Positions 25,970 to 34,243 of a DNA stretch of 34,779 nt are shown piece after piece. A program made the translations under genes and the position numbers. Origin of the DNA: an uncultured Candidatus Peribacteria bacterium (lineage in GTDB: Bacteria; Patescibacteriota; Gracilibacteria; Peribacterales; Peribacteraceae). Location of the stretch: positions 1-34,779 of the forward strand of contig CAYOLJ010000002.1 in the NCBI GenBank assembly GCA_964404805.1. Direction: 5' to 3'. Positions within the stretch are counted from its first letter, which is position 1, and each line of letters starts with the position of its first letter. The notes beneath the pieces are model-generated. The model made no database searches. It was not told where the DNA came from and saw nothing but the letters and a program-made list of their open reading frames with translations.

Positions 25970-28900
25970 CGGGAGGAGGAACTACTCTGATTGAATCGGG
26001 TTGTGGGCAGAATGATGGGGGTGGGGACATTGAATGAAGGCAGCATGTCGTCCGGTGTCACGATATAGGGGAAGGAGCTGCTGCTTCCTATGGGGATCGT
26101 TGTCTTCCAGAGCCTGTTACGCAAATTCGCCAGGTCTTGTTGCCCAATTCCTTCCTTTACGCCTTCTACACGCCACCCTTCGCGTGCGAACGTTTTTTCG
26201 ACGTTGTAGATATGGCAGGCCCAGTCTTCGCGCGGGCAGGGAGGCACAGCTGTTGGGGGGTTGAGGTCCATGCTGCGAAGTACGCCTGCAACCTTGGAAT
26301 CAAGAATCACATCTGTTCGGAATGGTCCATACGACGAGAAATCTTCTCTGAGCTGCACGGCAGGGCGCGCTCCAATACGCGTGAAGCGCTCGAGCAGGTC
26401 CATCTCCACATGCACGCACGGCATTTCATCGAGACGCTCACAAGACCACATACCGTAGAAGTTCCTTTCAGGGAAATCCGTAATGCTCTCCCAGAATTTC
26501 TTGTACGTCTCATCCATACTGGTGATCATCGATAGCATGCGTCTCATTACTTCTTCAACTTCGGGCGGTACATCGGCAATGGTCGTCTCTACTTTTGATG
26601 GAGAAGAGAGGTGCTGCACTTCGCTCGGGAAGAGGTTTCCTAAAACTTCTTCATAGATGGAAGGAACAGGTGGGAGATCGGGTAATTCGATTATTTTATC
26701 CAGACGCTCAGAGACCAGATCAAGCCCCTCACGTGAGGCTGGAGGATCAAAGAGCGACTGCTGGAGCCGGATTTGGATGGGCGTGATGACCGGAAGGATC
26801 ACGGTTCCCGTTGAAACGCGTAGAGCCGTGAAGTCGTAAACGAGATCAGGAAGTGTTTCGATCAACAAGCGAGGAAGACTGTAGGGTGTGAGGTCGTTGG
26901 CAGGCTGATCATCAATGTTGAGCATCAAATTGCGTGGCTCTGGCGGACCGGGCATCCAATCATCCAGGAATGAGTAGATGGGTGTGGTGAAGCGATCATT
27001 ACGACACCACGGCATGTTCGTGCGATCGTGAAAGGCACGGTACTTCTGTTGGGTTTCTTGCCAGAGCGGTTTGAGATCCAGGCCCTGATGATGCACGGTG
27101 GCATATCGTTCCCATGTCTGCAGATTGGTCATTAGCCATTCACCAATGGCACGCATCATCGTTCCTTGGTACGTGAGCAGGCGACCGATGTACTGCGCCA
27201 GTTCGCCACGCAGCGCCCGCACCTGATCAATGCGCTCTGCGTAGTCTTCGAGTTTCTGTACAGCCTGTTCTGCTTTCGATTTTCCGTCTTCGTGCTCTTC
27301 GCCCCAGCGTTTCCATCCTTGTGCAAGTGCGCGAAGTTCCACAGGCGATGCTAATGGAACAACCAATGGCACTGGTTCTTCTCGTACGTGAAGGAGGAGG
27401 CCATTTTCGAGGTAAGCGCTGACCTCTGAAAGCAGATCTTCGGGAGCGGCGTGGATCTGAACATCGATAATCTGCTGATTAATCTTTTTCCCATTACTGG
27501 AGCTACTGCCCTGTGGGGTCAAGAATGGATCAGAGAGGTCTAATCCAATTGATGCGGGGGTTGGAAGTACCAGACGCAGTAGGGGGGAGCTGAAGAGCTT
27601 GTGTGCTTGTGTCTCCTGCTCCTGCCACCACTCGATGATCGTGCGGCGTCCTGGGTCCTCAGTGTGAACGGTATCATCGGTGGAGCGAATAAGGCTGCCG
27701 CTCGAATAGGGGCGCTGTATATCTAGCTGCGCCGTCGGCATGATGTCGGTGTTGTCGAGCTGCATCAGTGGAAAGAGATTGTCTTTCGGTGATTCCTTAA
27801 ACTTTTCACTATTTAAGAGTGAGAAGGTATCACTGAAATCATTCACCCACAGGTTTTTGCGCGTATCGCGTACCGCAGTGTGTTCATAGGCAGGATCTGG
27901 GAGGTTGGAGTTTTGGCCGTACTCTCCTTTGCCAAGCTGAGTTTCTTTCATGCGGTTGAATCGCTTTCCTTCGTCCTCCAGATTGATGATACATCGATAG
28001 TCAGGCGCATTGGTGCGACGAGCCTTGGGATCGAACTCTTCATAACGGCAGTAGCAGTCAACTGGCACATCGAAGCGCGATGTATCATCGCGGGGCACTA
28101 CGGCTACGGGATCCCGGGTATATGTCACCATATGGCGTCGATAGATCGATACGTACTCCCGCCCATTGGGGGCATTCTTTCCATCGCGGCATCCCGTGAA
28201 TTCAAGATCTTGAGGACGCTCGCCGTTGAAGTCGAACCCCGGATTATTGCGGTCTTCGAGGCCGTCTCCGTGGCAGGCAATGCAATTGCCCTCTGGGTCT
28301 CTGTCGCGGTCGACCATCAGCGCGTTTGAGCAGCAGTACAGTAGCTCGTCGACATCGCACCAGACTGCTATTCCCTGATTGCCACCGTGCAAATTCCACA
28401 AACGTGCATCCACACTCACCCATCCCGCATCACCCGGATGGCACCAGTCACCATTATCAATGTTCCGGCATGGGCTTGTGTCTCCGAGAAAATCGAACAC
28501 TTGGAATGGACCTTTGTCATCCCACTGAGTCCATTCTGCAGTGCACTCTTGATGACGCCGTACCCAAGCATTCAGATCGTGGCACATTTGCTGACACTCG
28601 TCGGGGTTTCTGCATGGCGGATCATCTGGGCACTCGCGGATGTAGGGATAACTGTTTTCGCACTCATGGACGTTGCAGACGGTTGACCAACCGCTTGTGC
28701 GACTGGAGTCGGGGAAAACGAAGCCATCTTCCAGCGCCCCTGTACGTTCTTCACGTTGGGCGAGGCCTCCCGCCGCTACTTCGGACATCAGTTTGCCGTC
28801 CGCGCCGAGAAATGAGCCCCTACGGCCGGGAGCACCACTGACATAGGGGATTTTGTTATCGACGTGGTCGTTGAAATCCCAGCCACCACACTGGGCGCTT

Positions 28901-29151
28901 TCGAGGTCCCCGCGAACCTTACTCACGTTCCCCTGTACAGTTTCGAAGTCGGTTGGCTCATCAATCTGCAGGGCGCGCACAGGAAGCACTCCAAGAGAGG
29001 CTGCTATGAGCAGGCCTACCACGACCGGGACGGCAGATTTTAAGTGTGCATCCATCGTGGGAGCTATCGTACCGTTTTTTCCTGCTTTAGCGCCACAGAA
29101 AGACATTGCGCGCATGGTCACATCGGTCCTGTAACCAGGGCATATTGCCAT
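25966..29151 (-). CDS. large exported Cys-rich protein A of the cluster, unknown function
   Basis: 1061-aa ORF. The internal ATG at 29055 gives a clean signal/anchor, MDAHLKSAVPVVVGLLIAASLGVLPVRA, and is the likelier start. The N-terminal 300 aa hold 19 Cys (CENSYPYIRECPDDPPCRNPDECQQMC, LYCCSN, NCIACHGDG). Confidence 0.8.
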   Translation of the reverse strand: MAICPGYRTDVTMRAMSFCGAKAGKNGTIAPTMDAHLKSAVPVVVGLLIAASLGVLPVRALQIDEPTDFETVQGNVSKVRGDLESAQCGGWDFNDHVDNKIPYVSGAPGRRGSFLGADGKLMSEVAAGGLAQREERTGALEDGFVFPDSSRTSGWSTVCNVHECENSYPYIRECPDDPPCRNPDECQQMCHDLNAWVRRHQECTAEWTQWDDKGPFQVFDFLGDTSPCRNIDNGDWCHPGDAGWVSVDARLWNLHGGNQGIAVWCDVDELLYCCSNALMVDRDRDPEGNCIACHGDGLEDRNNPGFDFNGERPQDLEFTGCRDGKNAPNGREYVSIYRRHMVTYTRDPVAVVPRDDTSRFDVPVDCYCRYEEFDPKARRTNAPDYRCIINLEDEGKRFNRMKETQLGKGEYGQNSNLPDPAYEHTAVRDTRKNLWVNDFSDTFSLLNSEKFKESPKDNLFPLMQLDNTDIMPTAQLDIQRPYSSGSLIRSTDDTVHTEDPGRRTIIEWWQEQETQAHKLFSSPLLRLVLPTPASIGLDLSDPFLTPQGSSSSNGKKINQQIIDVQIHAAPEDLLSEVSAYLENGLLLHVREEPVPLVVPLASPVELRALAQGWKRWGEEHEDGKSKAEQAVQKLEDYAERIDQVRALRGELAQYIGRLLTYQGTMMRAIGEWLMTNLQTWERYATVHHQGLDLKPLWQETQQKYRAFHDRTNMPWCRNDRFTTPIYSFLDDWMPGPPEPRNLMLNIDDQPANDLTPYSLPRLLIETLPDLVYDFTALRVSTGTVILPVITPIQIRLQQSLFDPPASREGLDLVSERLDKIIELPDLPPVPSIYEEVLGNLFPSEVQHLSSPSKVETTIADVPPEVEEVMRRMLSMITSMDETYKKFWESITDFPERNFYGMWSCERLDEMPCVHVEMDLLERFTRIGARPAVQLREDFSSYGPFRTDVILDSKVAGVLRSMDLNPPTAVPPCPREDWACHIYNVEKTFAREGWRVEGVKEGIGQQDLANLRNRLWKTTIPIGSSSSFPYIVTPDDMLPSFNVPTPIILPTTRFNQSSSSSR

Positions 29152-29250
29152 GAGCGTTCAAGGCCATTCATTTGCATGGGATGGTTGCCGGTGTACCGTG
29201 CCTTTCCACGGCTCTGTGTGGCCTCCTCTATTTTCATTCCTCTCCGTGAC

Positions 29251-30108
29251 ATGTTTTCTCTCAATCGTGTACATATGATCGGCTATCAAACCCAACCAGC
29301 CGAAGTGCGTCAAACCCCCAGTGGAACGAGTGTCGTAGATTTGAATCTTGTCGTTCCATACTCATTTCAGTCTGAGCAGGGAGAAACCTTGCAGGGACGT
29401 GCATTCCATACCGTTACCCTTTGGGGCTCCATGGCCGATTTTGCTGGTCAGTACGTGCGTCCGGGCTCGCAGATTTTCATTGGCGGGCGACTGCAGACGG
29501 ATTCCTGGGAAGATCAAAGCTCCGGCGAGAAGCGCAGCAAAACGAAGATCGTTGCACTCGATATGATCCTCCTTGATCCTAAAGATGGGCAGACTCCCAC
29601 TCCCGAAGCAGCCAAACTCACACTCAGTGCGGTAAATCGTGCAGATGTCGTTGGCAATGTGACGCGCGATCCCGAGATCCGTACCACGACTGGTGGCAAG
29701 CAGGTGCTTACACTTGGTGTTGCGACCAATGATCGCTGGAAAGAGCGTTCGACTGGCGAGGCCAAAGAACGTGCAGAGTTCCACAATGTTGTGATTTGGG
29801 GTGCGCTGGCAGAAGAGGTTGGCAAGGTTGTACACAAAGGCAGTCGCGTCTTCGTTTCGGGCCGCGTACAGACTCGCGGTTGGGAGACGAAGCAAGGTCA
29901 GAAGCGCACCACTACCGAGATCATTGCCGATCAGTGTGCTCTGCTCGGTGTGCGGAACGCTTCGGCCCTCGAGGCCGTTGAGTCCAGTGCTCAACGTCGT
30001 GCATCTCCTCAATCACAGGAATCTCCAACGGCTGCGGCTCCGGCATCAGCCGATATCCCCGAGATTCAGTATGCCTCAGAGGTGAAGGTGGAAGATCTTC
30101 CTTTCTAG
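29251..30108 (+). CDS. ssb: single-stranded DNA-binding protein with two tandem OB folds
   Basis: Two SSB-type OB domains (NRVHMIGY...FHTVTLWG...GGRLQTDSWEDQ and NRADVVGNVTRDPEIR...FHNVVIWGALAE...GRVQTRGWETKQG), a P/A/S linker and an acidic tip VEDLPF. The ATG at 29251 is chosen because the GTG-extended ORF (29044) overlaps gene A. Confidence 0.9.
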   Translation: MFSLNRVHMIGYQTQPAEVRQTPSGTSVVDLNLVVPYSFQSEQGETLQGRAFHTVTLWGSMADFAGQYVRPGSQIFIGGRLQTDSWEDQSSGEKRSKTKIVALDMILLDPKDGQTPTPEAAKLTLSAVNRADVVGNVTRDPEIRTTTGGKQVLTLGVATNDRWKERSTGEAKERAEFHNVVIWGALAEEVGKVVHKGSRVFVSGRVQTRGWETKQGQKRTTTEIIADQCALLGVRNASALEAVESSAQRRASPQSQESPTAAAPASADIPEIQYASEVKVEDLPF

Positions 30109-30361
30109 CCTTTCCTCATCGGGGTGGATTAAAGTTCCTTTCTTCATACGAAGTACACTGCGCGAGCATCTGTCGAGTCAGCGCATGCCGACGGGCAACG
30201 GCTTGCTGGACTTGTGAAGCTGTATCGCAGCTTTCTCTCCCATAAGCAGCTTCGCGGCTTGAGCGGAGAGGGTCTGGTTTTTGTGAGGGGAATGCGCGAA
30301 TCATCAGAGAATCTATACCCCTCTCCTGTCTCAAGGCAAAGGGGCATCAACCACTACACAT

Positions 30362-31225
30362 TTACCTCAACAGTGAGCCCGATTCTTCGATGAGGCGCAT
30401 TTCGAGCTCGAGGGGTTGGCCGGTACGTTCCCGGATTGTCTCGATCAGCGAACGTGCATCGGCGAAGGTCCCCTGCTCGGCATTGATGAGGAAGTTCGCG
30501 TGCTTCTCGCTCACCTGCAGGCCGCCGACGGTCAGGCCTTTGAGCCCTGCGGCATCAATAATTCTCCATGCAGGGGTGCCATCAAGCGTCTTGAAGCAGG
30601 AGCCAGCCGTGCGCGTAAATGGTTGAGCAACAGACCGTTTCTTGAGCAGCGTACTGATATCTTTTTCGATTGCTTCGGTCGCACGCGAAGGTACAGAGAT
30701 CGTCACTTTCCAGAGGAGAGGATTGTGGAGCCGCTTGAACACGCTCTCTCGGTAATGGAAATCACACTCTTCACCTGAGAATATTTTCCACTCCCCCTCA
30801 ATGAAGGCCGATACAGTCTGAATGTAATGATCGAACCACGTGCCCTGCGGGCCCTGACCGGCATTGCCGAACACCGCCCCACCAACCGTTCCTGGAATAC
30901 CAGTGAGTGCAGAGAGGTCTAGGCCTTGTTTCGCCAGCTGTGCAATCAGGGTAGCCAGTGGCAGACCCGCCTCCGCTCGTACGGTATTGCCACTCACTTC
31001 CATGGCCTTCGCGAGTACGCGAACAACAAGCGCCTCGATCGTTTTATCAGCAAAAATGGTGTTGGATCCTGCTCCCAAGACGATCATGGGCACACCTTTG
31101 CCCTGTGCAAACTGCCAGGCCCCCTCGACGTCACTCTTCGTCAGGAGCTCGGCGAAGTAGCGGGCGTTGCCACCAATGCGCATGGTGGTTTTTGGCGCGA
31201 GAGGGACAAGTTCCTGTATCTGCAT
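30362..31225 (-). CDS. murB: UDP-N-acetylenolpyruvoylglucosamine reductase
   Basis: MurB signatures: PLAPKTTMRIGGNARYF, VLGAGSNTIF, GIPGTVGGAVFGNAGQ, GSCFK, EKHANFLIN. Confidence 0.92.
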   Translation of the reverse strand: MQIQELVPLAPKTTMRIGGNARYFAELLTKSDVEGAWQFAQGKGVPMIVLGAGSNTIFADKTIEALVVRVLAKAMEVSGNTVRAEAGLPLATLIAQLAKQGLDLSALTGIPGTVGGAVFGNAGQGPQGTWFDHYIQTVSAFIEGEWKIFSGEECDFHYRESVFKRLHNPLLWKVTISVPSRATEAIEKDISTLLKKRSVAQPFTRTAGSCFKTLDGTPAWRIIDAAGLKGLTVGGLQVSEKHANFLINAEQGTFADARSLIETIRERTGQPLELEMRLIEESGSLLR

Positions 31226-31278
31226 GAGAAGGCGCTATTTTCCTCTAATCTTCGCTCTTCGCCCACCTGCTTTCTCCA

Positions 31279-31776
31279 CTATTTTTTCGAGAGGAACTGC
31301 GCGGCGCGTTCCATGGTATCTGCGATGCGCTGACCTCGCGTGATTCTCTGTAATCGGGCAAGAACAACGGCGAGCACGGCCAGTCCTATAAGTCCTCCGA
31401 CGATAAGCATGAGTTCGCGCTCGCCCAACGTGTATCCCATGGCCGAGAGAACAACTTGGACTAATGCGAAGACGAATATGCCGAAGAGCGTTCCTACACC
31501 CAGCGTCACGATGACGAGGTGCGTGCGGTTTTCTTGGCTGTCTTGCGGGGCGCTTGCGAGCTGTGTGAGGAGCTCACTCGAGAGAATTACAGGTTCCTTA
31601 TCCCACTGCTTGAAGAGCTGAAAGACTTTGCGTTGGAGCACGAGACCGACGAATGTGCGAAACGGTACGGAGGTCTTGCCGGTAATTACAGCTTTATTAC
31701 TCTCGGTCTTCAATTCAACTTCGAGGTCGACGGTTTCGGGCATGACAAGGAGGGGAAAGCAGAGAGATATTAGCAT
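31279..31776 (-). CDS. hypothetical membrane protein (two C-terminal TM helices)
   Basis: 165-aa ORF. TM segments LVIVTLGVGTLFGIFVFALVQVVL and LMLIVGGLIGLAVLAVVLA. Alternative ATG at 31743. No family recognised. Confidence 0.55.
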   Translation of the reverse strand: MLISLCFPLLVMPETVDLEVELKTESNKAVITGKTSVPFRTFVGLVLQRKVFQLFKQWDKEPVILSSELLTQLASAPQDSQENRTHLVIVTLGVGTLFGIFVFALVQVVLSAMGYTLGERELMLIVGGLIGLAVLAVVLARLQRITRGQRIADTMERAAQFLSKK

Positions 31777-31793
31777 GAATTTGGTTTTTCTTT

Positions 31794-31838
31794 GTCAGGG
31801 GACCAGGGAACCTTGTTCGGTTCCCTAGGTCCCCTGAC
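31794..31838. repeat. 19/20-bp near-perfect palindrome (long hairpin)
   Basis: gtcaggggaccagggaacc / ttgttc / ggttccctaggtcccctgac, with one bulged base. It lies between the gltX stop (31937) and the ATG at 31776. No U-run follows it on either strand. Confidence 0.7.
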
Positions 31839-31936
31839 ACCCCCCTTACCCTCCTAACAGTAAACTTCATCAATCTGACTAATATTTTGTTGATTAGACA
31901 CTCTCTTGTTCTCAACGGACGTATGTGTTTGTATTA

Positions 31937-33409
31937 TTATTTTTTTACGGATGCCTGCGCAGCTTTCAGTCGCTTAAGTGTTGTTGGGCGTCCGAGAGCG
32001 AGAGCCACCTCAAAGGCTCCGGGGCTGTAGGGGAGACCGGTGAGGGCAGCGCGGAGCGGCCAGAGGAGTTGGCCCTGAGAGAGCTCCTCAGTCTTAGCGC
32101 TGGCGAGTAATTTCTCTTTAAGAGTATCGACCGTCCACGCATCTTCAGAAATCTTCTGGAGTGTTTCCTTCAGTGTTTTAAAAATCTTTGGGAGGAGATA
32201 TTCTGTCACTTTCTGTTTGGCATTGGCGAGGAGATCGACCGAAACCTTTGGTTCCTCATAGAAGAAGGAAAGCATATCTGGCCCATCTTTCAGAAAAGTA
32301 ACACGCTCGTGGATGAGAGCTGCCCGCTCTTTGAAGTGCGGATCGTTTATAGCCCCTGGGAATCGTTCGGCGGTGAGCGTCTGTAGACGATCGGCGAATT
32401 CCGCGAGTGGCAACTTGCGGATCCACTGGCCCTGTAGCCAATCGAGCTTGGTGAGGTCGAAAATGGCGCCGGCTTTCTGCACGCGTTCCAACGAAAAAGC
32501 CTCGGTGAGTTCCTCTAGTGAAAACATTTCCTGCTCCGAGCCAGGGTTCCAGCCAAGCAACGCAAGAAAATTGATCAGTGCCTCGGGCAGGTAGCCTTTT
32601 TGAATGTAGTCCTCGGCTGCTACATCCTGTTGGCGTTTGCTTAACTTGGTCCGGTCTTTGTTGAGCAAGAGGGGGACGTGAGCATACTGTGGCGGTGTCC
32701 AGCCAAGGCGCTCGAAGAGGAGCAAATGTTTGGGCGTAGAGCTGAGCCACTCCTCCCCGCGAATGACGAGGTTAATATCCATCAGATGATCATCCACAAC
32801 ATGTGCGAGATGGTACGTGGGGAAACCATCGCTCTTGAGGAGAACCTGATCATCAACGGTATGGCCCTGGAAAGCCATTTCTCCGCGGATTTCGTCTGTG
32901 TAAGTGAAGACATGTTCGTGTGGTACCAGAAGCCGGATGACATGAGGCTCTGTTCGTGCAAGACGCTCCTCCACTTCTTTTTTCGGTAGATGAACGCAAT
33001 GTCGGTCGTACATAGGTGCCTGCTTGCGTGCCATCTGGCCTTCACGCATCTTTGTGAGGCGTTCGGGTGAGCAGAAGCAAGCGTAGGCATGGCCGTCTTT
33101 TAGGAGCTGCTTTGCATATTTTTGATACAGTTCCAGCCGCTCTGATTGAATGTAGGGCCCTTTTGCTCCTTCCTGTTTCACTATTCCCTTGCTAATCATC
33201 AGGCCTTCATCGGGATCGAGCCCTGCCCAATGCAGTGTGCGCAGAATGTTCTCAACTGCTCCTTCGACACTGCGTTGCTGATCGGTGTCTTCGATGCGCA
33301 GCAAGAAACGGCCTCCCGTTTTCTTGGCCATCAGGTAAGCGAAGAGGGCAGTACGCAGGCCTCCGACGTGCAGAAAGCCGGTGGGGGAAGGCGCAAAACG
33401 CGTTCGCAT
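31937..33409 (-). CDS. gltX: glutamyl-tRNA synthetase
   Basis: MRTRFAPSPTGFLHVGGLRTALF (HIGH region) and KLSKRQ (KMSKS-type motif). 490 aa. Confidence 0.95.
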   Translation of the reverse strand: MRTRFAPSPTGFLHVGGLRTALFAYLMAKKTGGRFLLRIEDTDQQRSVEGAVENILRTLHWAGLDPDEGLMISKGIVKQEGAKGPYIQSERLELYQKYAKQLLKDGHAYACFCSPERLTKMREGQMARKQAPMYDRHCVHLPKKEVEERLARTEPHVIRLLVPHEHVFTYTDEIRGEMAFQGHTVDDQVLLKSDGFPTYHLAHVVDDHLMDINLVIRGEEWLSSTPKHLLLFERLGWTPPQYAHVPLLLNKDRTKLSKRQQDVAAEDYIQKGYLPEALINFLALLGWNPGSEQEMFSLEELTEAFSLERVQKAGAIFDLTKLDWLQGQWIRKLPLAEFADRLQTLTAERFPGAINDPHFKERAALIHERVTFLKDGPDMLSFFYEEPKVSVDLLANAKQKVTEYLLPKIFKTLKETLQKISEDAWTVDTLKEKLLASAKTEELSQGQLLWPLRAALTGLPYSPGAFEVALALGRPTTLKRLKAAQASVKK

Positions 33410-33485
33410 AGAAAGAGGATACCGAATAAACCAAAGAAACCGAAGATACCAAGAAAATGTTCAGAAAAAGAGTCTCTCGTTCCTT

Positions 33486-34208
33486 CTAATTCAGAACCTC
33501 TACAGTGAACGTAATAGGCTCTAATGGCCTCTCGAGCTCCCCGGTCACCACCTCGCTGATAGCATCGATGACATCCATCCCTTCCGTTACACGACCGAAT
33601 CCAGTGTGCTTACCCACGAGCCACGGCGTGCCATCAGCCCGTGTGATAATGAAGAACTGACTGCCGTTTGTATTCGGACCACGGTTGGCCATGGCGATGA
33701 CACTGCGGACGAGTGGGATGGGATTGTTGTCAACTTCATCTTCGAATGTGGGACCGTAAATACTCTCGCCTCCGGTGCCATCACCATTGGGATCGCCTCC
33801 CTGGATCATGAAGTCCTGAATGACACGGTGAAATGTAAGCCCATTGTAGTAGCCGGAGCGGCCCAGTAAGACAAAGTTTGTCACGGTCTGCGGGGCGCTG
33901 TCGGCATCCAGCTCAAGGGTGACATCTCCCATACTCGTCTGGAGCACAACGGTGTGCATACCAGAGAGCAGGGTTCCGTCGAAGCTGATGGGATCGGGTT
34001 CGGGCATAGCATCATCGGGGACAGGTTCTTCAGAAGCAGGCTCTATAGCATCTTCTTCAGGGGCAGGTTCCATGGCTCCTTTTTCAGGAGCAGGCTCCAT
34101 GATATCTTCTGCAGGAGTCCCCTCGTCTGCCGGAGGGGTCTTCTGACCGCATCCAACAAGGAGGGCAAGCGCAAAAAGCGGAATAAGGAAGACGTAATAC
34201 TTTTTCAT
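33486..34208 (-). CDS. cyclophilin-type peptidyl-prolyl cis-trans isomerase, lipoprotein
   Basis: The ATG at 34208 gives [20 protein letters not shown] (lipobox LVGC). An acidic Pro-rich repeat linker (MEPAPE-like) precedes the cyclophilin core [15 protein letters not shown]...GTGGESIYG. The ORF track start at 34247 is a TTG. Confidence 0.9.
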   Translation of the reverse strand: MKKYYVFLIPLFALALLVGCGQKTPPADEGTPAEDIMEPAPEKGAMEPAPEEDAIEPASEEPVPDDAMPEPDPISFDGTLLSGMHTVVLQTSMGDVTLELDADSAPQTVTNFVLLGRSGYYNGLTFHRVIQDFMIQGGDPNGDGTGGESIYGPTFEDEVDNNPIPLVRSVIAMANRGPNTNGSQFFIITRADGTPWLVGKHTGFGRVTEGMDVIDAISEVVTGELERPLEPITFTVEVLN

Positions 34209-34243
34209 AAAGTGACCGCGGCAGAGTACCCGCCGAGCACGGA

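Noticed and set aside
29044-29250. GTG-initiated N-terminal extension of the ssb ORF
   Set aside because: It overlaps the 5' end of cluster gene A on the opposite strand, is Cys/Arg-rich and unlike SSB. The ATG at 29251 gives the canonical SSB N-terminus (…NRVHMIGY).
30116-30350. 72-aa and 68-aa minus-strand ORFs between ssb and murB
   Set aside because: They overlap each other in different frames and have Arg/Ser-rich composition. I saw no start context or recognisable motif.
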